A stretch of 50,471 bases of DNA from a virus (lineage: Duplodnaviria; Caudoviricetes), in IMG/VR virus record IMGVR_UViG_3300046747_000082, positions 1 through 50,471 of that record; one strand, 5' to 3'. A program made the translations under genes and the position numbers. This document shows positions 37,956 to 45,474 of the stretch, piece after piece. The notes below the pieces were generated by a model, which was given only the letters and a program-made list of their open reading frames with translations, did not search any database and was not told where the DNA came from. How positions within the stretch are numbered: the first letter of the stretch is position 1; every line of letters starts with the position of its first letter.

Positions 37956-39305
37956 TCAGTCTTTCCCGTTCCAGACTTCTGTCATTTGCCGGTGGTACCT
38001 CCGGACCACCTCGGCTTGCGACATCTTGTCGCTTACCTTCACGGGCTTTGGGGAAGGAACCCAGCCGTCGCCCTCCGGTGTGCCGAAGCTAACCGGAGAG
38101 CTAAGCTCATCGAAGACCCCCTTCTCCAAGGCGGCCTCCGTATTCCACATGCGAGCATCCTTCCCTCGGAGCTTCCGCCAATAGTTGCGCAGATCGCCCC
38201 ACATGCTGCTCATAACAGCTTTGCGCCCTTCCCATGTAGCCCTTACGCCGGGCTGGTGAAGAGCCTCGACCACGCCAAGGTTGTGGATACCTTGACGCGT
38301 TGTTGCCTTGAATTCCTCGCTCCGCTCACGCAGTTCGAGTTTCAAGCGGTATTGCTTACGAGCGGCGCGTATACGCTCGGGCATCGTCGGCGGGATGTGA
38401 TGAAGCCGTTGAAGCAACGCTACCTTAGCATGGTACGCTAGGTTAGGGTACTTCTCAGCCACCATTTGGCTATGAGCCACATAGCCGCTCTCTGCGTCAG
38501 GGTGATATCGCGAGATATCTTCCTTGACCAAAGCCCGCTTTATCTGGAGTTCCACCAGACCCATTCCGTGAAGCTTCTGCGTCAACGCTTCTCGCATCTG
38601 TCGGTCACGCTTCAGTGCCTTAGATGCCTCAGCGGTAGTATACCCGTGGCCCTTTGCGAGGACCGCAAGCTCACTCTCGCTTGCCGCTTTGGGCAACGCA
38701 ACACGAATTTCCCATTGGACATCATCGTGCTGCACTATCCTTGCAGCGTCGTCGTTAGCCGCCGGTGCCGTGACGTCCCCTACAACGGGCGCCTCCGGTC
38801 CGACCAACTTCAGCGGGCTTGAGGCGCCTGCCTTGACGACATCTTTCTTCTCCTCACTCGTCCGGGAACTAGCAGGGAGTGCAGCTTCGCTCACCGGCAA
38901 CGCCTCCGCCTCATTACCTGAGACAGAGACGCCGACAGGGGGCATAGCTGCAAGACTTGCCTCATTCTGCTGCTCCCGAACCGCCATCACCACCGGACTC
39001 ATAGGTCGGTCCGATGGGAGGCCTGGTGACAACGGAGAAGCATAACCTCTCAACTCCGCTATCTGGTGTTCCAAGCCAGCGATCCGTTGCAACAACGGCG
39101 ATGTGTGAGGAGTATTCGGCACGTCCACTCCAGCGATGGCCCAATGAGGCACCAGGATGTTGTTGCCAACACCTCGCTGAACATACGCCATCGGAATTTC
39201 TCGATAGCGTACAGCCGTATCAATCCGAGGATCTTTCGATGCCTTGGGTTTGAACGTCTTGTGGAAGCGCTTCTCAGCTGTGGGGTGCTTGAGCACTACA
39301 GCCAT
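37956..39305 (-). CDS. Hypothetical protein (449 aa)
   Basis: AAAGGAGGT SD; long ORF with Ala/Pro/Ser linker. Confidence 0.8.
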   Translation of the reverse strand: MAVVLKHPTAEKRFHKTFKPKASKDPRIDTAVRYREIPMAYVQRGVGNNILVPHWAIAGVDVPNTPHTSPLLQRIAGLEHQIAELRGYASPLSPGLPSDRPMSPVVMAVREQQNEASLAAMPPVGVSVSGNEAEALPVSEAALPASSRTSEEKKDVVKAGASSPLKLVGPEAPVVGDVTAPAANDDAARIVQHDDVQWEIRVALPKAASESELAVLAKGHGYTTAEASKALKRDRQMREALTQKLHGMGLVELQIKRALVKEDISRYHPDAESGYVAHSQMVAEKYPNLAYHAKVALLQRLHHIPPTMPERIRAARKQYRLKLELRERSEEFKATTRQGIHNLGVVEALHQPGVRATWEGRKAVMSSMWGDLRNYWRKLRGKDARMWNTEAALEKGVFDELSSPVSFGTPEGDGWVPSPKPVKVSDKMSQAEVVRRYHRQMTEVWNGKD

Positions 39306-39612
39306 AGATACCTCCTTTGTTGAAGAAACACTCAGTCCATGTTAGTCTAGACTACCCTCGAATCAAGCCGACTATTCTCCGTATTTGCTATAGGATCGGG
39401 ACAGAATCTCTCCCAATTCATACCGCTGGCGAGTTGACTTATGCCCTACCCCCGTTATGTCTGAACGGGATCAAGCGCATTCGCTGTTAGCATGGGGATA
39501 CACGAAACGTCCACTCATCACGCATAACGGACTGCTGTACGGGGTCTACCTGACGCGTGCCAGAGGCACCGTATTTACCATACGGCCAGGGCGATCGATT
39601 ACAACCAGCCCC

Positions 39613-39813
39613 TTACTGAGCGGGCGTTGCAGCGGGCGCAACGTCTCGGTGAAGGCACAGGTGTGCCCCCTCGTCAACGCGTGCGCAGAACCCGTCATAC
39701 GTGCGAGTCCCTACGTCGAAAACGTAGTTCGCACCGTACAACAAACCGAAAAGGCAAACGCAACCCAACAACAACGTTGCGAAGCCATTGATCAGCTTGT
39801 GGGCGATCTTCAT
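39613..39813 (-). CDS. Small membrane protein
   Basis: AAAGGAGGT SD before ATG 39813; TM helix. Confidence 0.6.
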   Translation of the reverse strand: MKIAHKLINGFATLLLGCVCLFGLLYGANYVFDVGTRTYDGFCARVDEGAHLCLHRDVAPAATPAQ

Positions 39814-39963
39814 GCTCACCTCCTTTGTTAATGATTCACTCGAAACTAACTTAGATTAGATTCACGACCATGCCGGGTCGTATGACAGATAAGACATGCA
39901 CCAGCAAGTGGTGCTCGCCCTTGACCTTTATCAGAGGCCAGGAACGGCTCTATCCAAATCAAC

Positions 39964-40057
39964 CGTGGGTTAGCAGGCATTGCTACTAGGCAGCCCTTAA
40001 GAGAGCTGGTCAGATTCGAACTGACACCCTCGGTGCCCACCCGAGATTGTTCCCACA
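39964..40057 (-). ncRNA. Second permuted tRNA-like module (T arm, loop-closed 7-bp acceptor-like stem, D-position hairpin)
   Basis: TGTGGG..CTCGG GTGGGCA CCGAG-GGT-GTCAG TTCGAAT CTGAC-CAGCTCT CTTA AGGGCTG-CC-TAGTAG CAATGC CTGCTA-A-CCCACG. Confidence 0.6.
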
Positions 40058-40169
40058 TATTCACTCACCCGTGTACTCAGCGCTTAGCTTTTCTGACGGG
40101 AGACGTATCTCAGCAACAAGATAGTCTAGACTACGCTGGACATTGCGTACCAGCGTAGTGTAGACGACC

Positions 40170-40397
40170 TTACTTCTTCGTCTTAGCCCGGTTCTTCCTT
40201 GAAAGAAAGGTGCCGGTTCCACCATGCTTCTTGGCCCAAGACTTCTTCAGAACACGCTTGCTCTTCGGAAGTGGACCATTCAGCAACTTGAACAAGGCTG
40301 ACATGATTGTCCGAGCCTTGCGACGCAGCTTGCCTTGCTTGCGCCTTGCCTTGTCATCGGCCATCTTCGTCATCGTGTCTCCTCGACGTTTGGTCAT
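40170..40397 (-). CDS. Very basic small protein
   Basis: Lys/Arg-rich ORF; GAGGAG SD before the internal ATG. Confidence 0.6.
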   Translation of the reverse strand: MTKRRGDTMTKMADDKARRKQGKLRRKARTIMSALFKLLNGPLPKSKRVLKKSWAKKHGGTGTFLSRKNRAKTKK

Positions 40398-40809
40398 AGA
40401 TCCAAGACCATGAGCGACCTAATCTGTCTCTCTCACCAAGGCGATAGATCGCACCATCCTCAGTGATAGCAAGTTTTTTATCCTCATTGAGTTTCTTCAG
40501 TTTCCCAGAGATAACCCACTTCGGATTGTTAGGCAACATGCCGCCTACTCGCTGATGACCCGCAATGTTGACAACAAACCACCGCTCCAATGTCGGTGGC
40601 TCATTGTCATAGGGTCCAACCTTTGGATGGTTGGAATGCATCGGGTCCAGCTTTCCTTTCTCTTCGCTTTGCATCTTCCTCCTCACTGTCACAAAGGAAG
40701 CCCTTGACCTCTTCAGCCTTTCTCGCCTTGAAGCCGGAATCGAGACACGCTTGCAGCGATGTGAATTCCAGCACCTTTCCATCCAAGTCATGCGCTTGAA
40801 CCTGCGCAA
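40354..40809 (-). CDS. Hypothetical protein (true start probably downstream)
   Basis: Protein-like C-terminal half (LERWFVV...TEDGAIYRLG). Confidence 0.55.
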   Translation of the reverse strand: MRRFKRMTWMERCWNSHRCKRVSIPASRRERLKRSRASFVTVRRKMQSEEKGKLDPMHSNHPKVGPYDNEPPTLERWFVVNIAGHQRVGGMLPNNPKWVISGKLKKLNEDKKLAITEDGAIYRLGERDRLGRSWSWIYDQTSRRHDDEDGR

Positions 40810-40903
40810 TCGTCAAAGGTAGGCACGTGTCATCCGCTGCACCGCATGGTGTCTCGTTTGGAACTGCCAAGATGAGCCACAGGAAATAGATACCCGCACC
40901 CAT
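40607..40903 (-). CDS. Putative exported small protein (MGAGIYFLWLIL...)
   Basis: Hydrophobic N-terminus; EFTSLQAC...C motif. Confidence 0.5.
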   Translation of the reverse strand: MGAGIYFLWLILAVPNETPCGAADDTCLPLTIAQVQAHDLDGKVLEFTSLQACLDSGFKARKAEEVKGFLCDSEEEDAKRRERKAGPDAFQPSKGWTL

Positions 40904-41156
40904 CACTGAAGTCCCCCGACTGACGCTGGCGAATCCGTGTGGATGATGCACACGTTCTTCATGACAACATTCGTTGCCACTGAGAAAACGCTTGCGGCCA
41001 CCGCACAGATAACGAACGTGACGAGGTATGGCTTCGCTTTCCGCAACCAATACTGCATCAAATTTTCTCCAATGAAACCACGAAACCCGAGTCTACAGCT
41101 TGCTAGCCTAGACTACTTCCACACGTAGACTCGGGGGCTCTCGCTTTCCTGCTGTT

Positions 41157-41504
41157 CTAACCCCAGTAGTGAACAACTACCGAGATCGCGAACACACAGC
41201 CTGCGACGAACATGGCCACTTGCCACGGCGGCATGATTTGATCGGCCGGATCGCTGGGGAAGAAGGTTTCCCTTACCCCTGCCATCCAGTTCCTCTCTTC
41301 ATTCACCTTGGCATCCGTCTGCACCGTTGAATCGAGGAGTTCCTCGACGGCCTTGGTGCCTTCGTCACGCGTCGGGATGATGGCATCTACCGCAGCTTTC
41401 ACTGCTTCGACTACCACTTCCTTCTTCGTTACGACCGGAGGCGTGACCGGCAGTTCGATGCCGATTGCCTTCATCCGGTTGCGACGTTGCCGCGATTTGC
41501 TCAT
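41157..41504 (-). CDS. Hypothetical protein with C-terminal TM helix
   Basis: ATGA-coupled to the upstream gene. Confidence 0.65.
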   Translation of the reverse strand: MSKSRQRRNRMKAIGIELPVTPPVVTKKEVVVEAVKAAVDAIIPTRDEGTKAVEELLDSTVQTDAKVNEERNWMAGVRETFFPSDPADQIMPPWQVAMFVAGCVFAISVVVHYWG

Positions 41505-41668
41505 TGTCCGGTCACCGCGAAGTGTACGATACGACCGTACACTACGAGTCCTGCGACAACACAGCTAACCGCGATCACGAGCACGACGATACCCACGCTC
41601 AGTTGCTTGACGGTACGAACCGCCGCGCGCTTGATGCGAGTACGCAATGCCAGCTTCTGCGTTACCAT
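41501..41668 (-). CDS. Small membrane protein (55 aa, MVTQKLAL...)
   Basis: Read manually; GGAGG SD; TM helix. Confidence 0.6.
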   Translation of the reverse strand: MVTQKLALRTRIKRAAVRTVKQLSVGIVVLVIAVSCVVAGLVVYGRIVHFAVTGQ

Positions 41669-41702
41669 GTATCCTCCGTTGAACTTCTGGCGCTAGTCTA
41701 GA

Positions 41703-42398
41703 CTAGGCCGCCTTCTGCTCGGACTTTTGGTCGCCAGTCTTGTCACCTTTCTTCAAGTTCTTGAAGTAGGTGTCATGCTGGGATTGAACCAGAGCGATCA
41801 CGTCACGAGTGACGCGCTTACGCTCCGTATCGGGCAACCGACCGATCAGCTTGATCGCCTGCGCCAACGACAGTACGACTGCCGCCATTGCAGGATCTAC
41901 CTTTTCGTCGGCTGCCGTCGTCGGCGCAGCGGGCGCTTCGGGAGCAGGGGCCGGACCTTCGACTTTCGCCTCGGTCTTGGCAGCCTCTGCTTCCGCTCGT
42001 TCCGCTGCATCCGCAGCCGCCTTGCCACCGCCGCCCTTCCGAAAGAAGGTTGTCGGTCGCCCGGCGTTCGCTGCTGTCTTCGCTTGGCGAAACAGGCTCA
42101 TCGTCTCGAACTCCTTCGGTTCCAGCTTCATCAGCCAGCCCGACTTGATGTCCGATTTCGCCTGCGTCCAAGCGGACGGCAACGATCCCGTGATCTGATC
42201 TTCCTTCCGTTCGGGAGATTTCCAATACGCTTCCGTATTGTTGCACTCCTTCAGGAACGCTTCGACGTTCGCGCAAGCCGCAGCGAGACGCAACATTTCA
42301 CCGGCGAGCCGGCCCTTGTCACGCTCGTTGAGGATGCAATCGTACATCAAACCGCTGAAGGTCAGATTGCTTCCATCACTCTTGTCCATCAATAGCAC
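41703..42398 (-). CDS. Hypothetical protein (two domains, Ala/Pro/Glu linker)
   Basis: Long ORF; its TAG stop is supplied by the palindrome at 41694-41705. Confidence 0.75.
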   Translation of the reverse strand: MLLMDKSDGSNLTFSGLMYDCILNERDKGRLAGEMLRLAAACANVEAFLKECNNTEAYWKSPERKEDQITGSLPSAWTQAKSDIKSGWLMKLEPKEFETMSLFRQAKTAANAGRPTTFFRKGGGGKAAADAAERAEAEAAKTEAKVEGPAPAPEAPAAPTTAADEKVDPAMAAVVLSLAQAIKLIGRLPDTERKRVTRDVIALVQSQHDTYFKNLKKGDKTGDQKSEQKAA

Positions 42399-42588
42399 CT
42401 CTCAGTTGAATGCCAGCCTAGACTAGACTTGGCGAGGGTTGGGCGTTGCCATGGGGAGGTAGTCTAGACTAGGCCAGCAAACCTAATAACCTTCCCACAT
42501 ATCCCAACGACGCTTGCTCGGGTGAGTCGGCGGGAGCGCCAACCAAGTAGCTACATGAGGCCTCTCTACGCCTTTGAAGGCATCAACC

Positions 42589-42804
42589 CTATGGGTGAGG
42601 TAACTCAGAGGTAAACTTACTAAGGTCAGTCATCTCCCGCCGACTCATTGAACTACGGCGAATCATCGTGCGCTCTTTGCTTTCTTGCGCTAGCTGCACG
42701 CGAACTAGCTCCCAAATGCGATTGACATCCTCAGGCTCCAATGAATGAAGCTCCCGATGGATGTTCTCAGCCGCATTCAGTATCTTGCTGAACGGCGTGG
42801 CCAT
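42589..42804 (-). CDS. Hypothetical protein
   Basis: Helical small ORF in early operon. Confidence 0.55.
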   Translation of the reverse strand: MATPFSKILNAAENIHRELHSLEPEDVNRIWELVRVQLAQESKERTMIRRSSMSRREMTDLSKFTSELPHP

Positions 42805-42970
42805 CCTTCCATGCTCCTTTCACTTCAATCGCTTCGAACGTAACACAAGGGAACATCTCACTGAATCGCTTAGCCATCCTTTGCGCTGCGAGTTCATCCT
42901 TCATCCCTCGGCACCATTCCACGGTGCCTTCAACGTCATCGCCAATCACTCTCCATTGACCATCAATCAT
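42767..42970 (-). CDS. Hypothetical protein
   Basis: GGAGGT SD before ATG. Confidence 0.6.
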   Translation of the reverse strand: MIDGQWRVIGDDVEGTVEWCRGMKDELAAQRMAKRFSEMFPCVTFEAIEVKGAWKDGHAVQQDTECG

Positions 42971-43413
42971 CGTTACCTCCGTTAGGCTTAGCGAAGATCC
43001 AGATCAGTATGGAGAATGCTGCGAGCATCGCAATCCACTGCCCTGCTGCGTGTAGGTCATCCATCATCGTCGGCTCCTATTCCACAGCGTGAGATAGTGG
43101 CCAACCATGAACCCGCTGATGAACCCGCAGCCCTGGCCGATAGCATGGAATGCGGTAGGATGTGCCCATACCCATTCTTGCAACCACAACCACAGCATAC
43201 AAATTCCTCCAACAAATGCGCGGCACGCGAGTCTACAGCATAGACTGCGTACGCTAGGTGTAGGGCAACCCGTGAGATTGGCACTCCGGGTATACTCGCC
43301 AATCAAGCATCACAAGCTATTTCCATTGGCTCATTCGGTATTCGACCACCGATGAGTAGCGTACTAGCACCGCTCTAGCCCCTTGCACCGTGCGCCGCCT
43401 GTGTGCCCTACAT

Positions 43414-43647
43414 CTAGCGTAGGTAGTCTAGCCTAGGTTTCTCACCCCTCACGAATCGCAACGTATCAACCAAGTAATGCATGAACTCCTGCGATGTGAG
43501 TTCAATCTCGGTTACCTCAATCAATGGTAGATGCTCACGCGCTACCATCAGGCTAGCCTCTGCTGCCCAACCATTACGCGACTGCGTACTGTCACGTAGT
43601 GTCAGGCGAGAGGCTGCTCCCTGCTCATACCATCTATGAGCGGTCAT
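43414..43647 (-). CDS. Hypothetical protein
   Basis: ORF overlapping the upstream micro-ORF. Confidence 0.55.
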   Translation of the reverse strand: MTAHRWYEQGAASRLTLRDSTQSRNGWAAEASLMVAREHLPLIEVTEIELTSQEFMHYLVDTLRFVRGEKPRLDYLR

Positions 43648-43762
43648 GCTTCCGCCTATTGAATGGATAGCGCGGCTTGAACCAACGCACCCATATCACG
43701 CGCGTACTCATTACCACCACAAAGAAGATGGCAACGTATAGCGCGAAGTCTTGACCAACCAT
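43634..43762 (-). CDS. Small membrane peptide (42 aa, MVGQDFALYV...)
   Basis: Read manually; preceded by the repeated TACTGTGGCGGGAGAA motif. Confidence 0.5.
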   Translation of the reverse strand: MVGQDFALYVAIFFVVVMSTRVIWVRWFKPRYPFNRRKHDRS

Positions 43763-43966
43763 GTTGTTTCTCCCGCCACAGTACCGAACTAACTAGACCT
43801 CTCTCACTTATTGAGTGAGCACCCCTGGTGCGCCGGCGATCTCATACCTAAGGTATAGACTATGGCGTAGCTACAAAGGGAGCGTGCCGAGTCACACGCA
43901 GGGATGCTCACTCAATGAGTGATAACAGACTGTGCTGCTTTTTCAGATAGTCTAGACTAGGTGAAC

Positions 43967-44428
43967 TTACTGTTGGTCTACTGAGTCCGGCGCCTGTTGC
44001 CGAGTACCCATAGACTGCTTCATCTTCTTGCTCATTACCTCCGCATTCGTAAGCTTGCGCTCTTTCTTGCGGCTGTTGTTCGACCACGGACCATAAGACT
44101 TGCGCGGAAACTCCGTGCGATCGGTGCCGAACTTGAAGACACGAGCGCCGACTATCTTATTGGCGCCGCTATCGCGTGTCCGATGCTTCATCATCTCGCG
44201 AGAGAGGATGCTATCGGAATGGCGTGTCTTGTCTTGCTCGCGTCTACGCTCTAACGCTGCTGCGTTATCACCTTGCCCTACGTTAGGCGCGGCTGTTGCT
44301 TTGCCTACGTATGCAGGTAATCCCTTAGCGCGTTGCTTACGCTTACGCTTTGCGGTTGGGGCTAGCTTATAGTCCTTTGAGAACTTAGCTAACCATTTCC
44401 GTTTCTTACCTACGCTTGTATCACTCAT
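43967..44428 (-). CDS. Basic hypothetical protein (MSDTSVGKK...)
   Basis: Lys/Arg-rich; ATG overlaps the end of the upstream ORF. Confidence 0.65.
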   Translation of the reverse strand: MSDTSVGKKRKWLAKFSKDYKLAPTAKRKRKQRAKGLPAYVGKATAAPNVGQGDNAAALERRREQDKTRHSDSILSREMMKHRTRDSGANKIVGARVFKFGTDRTEFPRKSYGPWSNNSRKKERKLTNAEVMSKKMKQSMGTRQQAPDSVDQQ

Positions 44429-44573
44429 GCTTACCAGTCTCACACTTACGCTGCAAGTCTGCCGATACAGGAATACCAGCAACTAACAGGTAATCGCGAT
44501 AGGCTTTCAACGCGCGCAGAACATCCGCGCGAATCTTGCCAAATGGTTTGCCTACTTGTATTGCCATAGTCAT
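44421..44573 (-). CDS. First early small protein (50 aa, MTMAIQVGK...)
   Basis: Read manually; AGGAG SD. Confidence 0.5.
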   Translation of the reverse strand: MTMAIQVGKPFGKIRADVLRALKAYRDYLLVAGIPVSADLQRKCETGKHE

Positions 44574-45078
44574 AGACTCCTAACTGTTAGGGGCTACAGG
44601 TTTACCCTGTAGCGGTTAGTCTAGACTACCTGAAAAAACAGAGGGGGCACCATGCCTAGGCATAGCGGAAACGTTGGGTTGCGAATGGTTTAGACTCTAC
44701 CCAACCGCGCAACGCGCGACCGATCAAACGATAGGCGAATAGCCCGATTACCTAAGCAATAGCCCCCTAATCTAACGCGGTCCCTTTTGCAGAGTCTAGA
44801 GGGGGCGTTGCGATAGGCGCGTTGCCATGTAGACTCGGTGGACCGTTGGCCATGTTTTGCGGTTGGTTGCTTCCGCGCAGCATGGTCCGCCCTGAAGTTT
44901 CACCACAGCGCGGTCAGACCGCGTAAGGGGGCGTATGTGTCGGTTGCCCAAAGCGCGCCCTAATGGGAGCAACGCGCTAGCGGTCTTGCACCGATCCAAT
45001 CTCAACAGTGACCATCCTACGCCGATGGTCGCCAGTGTATGTAAGAGAGATGTAATGAATTGTAAGTTTGATGTAAGT

Positions 45079-45108
45079 ATTATACCTGGATAGATATACA
45101 GTAGTCTA
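45079..45108 (-). promoter_or_regulatory. Sigma70-like early promoter (TAGACT-18-TATAAT); -35 box lies inside the palindrome
   Basis: Minus strand TAGACT actgtatatctatccagg TATAAT at the head of the early arm. Confidence 0.6.
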
Positions 45109-45133
45109 GACTAACGGATTCACACAGTCGCAT

Positions 45134-45393
45134 CGCCCCTTAGCCAGGCCGTTAGCGCCAGAGATAACGAGTGTACTAAGGGGCGCAACTAACGAGCTTA
45201 TCGAGGGGCGTCGCGCCATAACCTAACGGTTAGGTAGAGGGGCGCGACTGAGTGACACTGTTAGCTAACGACGCGCCAGAGGTGCGCCCCTTAGTGGAGT
45301 CGTTAGACGTCGCCCCTTAGTTGGGTCGTTAGCGCCAGCTCTAACAGTTCCACAGAGGGGCGCCCCACAATCTAACGGTTAGACTAAGGGGCG
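45134..45393. repeat. Nine 22-bp bipartite iterons CTAACG-N6-YHRAGGGGCG in both orientations
   Basis: Copies at 45134(-), 45164, 45189, 45223, 45265, 45285(-), 45311(-), 45341, 45372. Confidence 0.9.
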
Positions 45394-45474
45394 GGGGAAG
45401 GGGGGAGCCAGGGCCTTCGGCCACCTCCGTATAGTCACTCGCAACTTTCTGCAACAAATTCATGAGATTCGCTT

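Larger units (their letters stand above)
36462..45113. repeat. Dispersed 12-bp palindrome TAGTCTAGACTA
   Basis: Perfect at 37804, 39343, 40122, 41694, 42460, 43948, 44617, 45102; 1 mismatch at 36462, 41104, 43424; 2 mismatches at 36009, 37028, 42414. Confidence 0.95.

Noticed and set aside
39330-39612. tmRNA (minus strand begins GGGGCTG..ATCGA)
   Set aside because: No matching T arm or CCA 3' end and no tag ORF found
39990-40070. Functional tRNA-Pro(GGG)
   Set aside because: No proper D arm or 7-bp acceptor in linear order, C at position 37, no CCA; the 3' strand pairs better with downstream sequence
40050-42502. 11-bp repeat TTCCCACATAT at 40050 and 42492
   Set aside because: Matches of this length are expected by chance in a region this size
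35800-45100. TAG stop-codon reassignment explaining ORF-poor early blocks
   Set aside because: All core genes are intact in the standard code, several genes end credibly in TAG, no suppressor tRNA seen
36462-45393. CRISPR array formed by the palindromes or the 22-bp iterons
   Set aside because: Repeats too short, spacing irregular, mixed orientation, no cas genes
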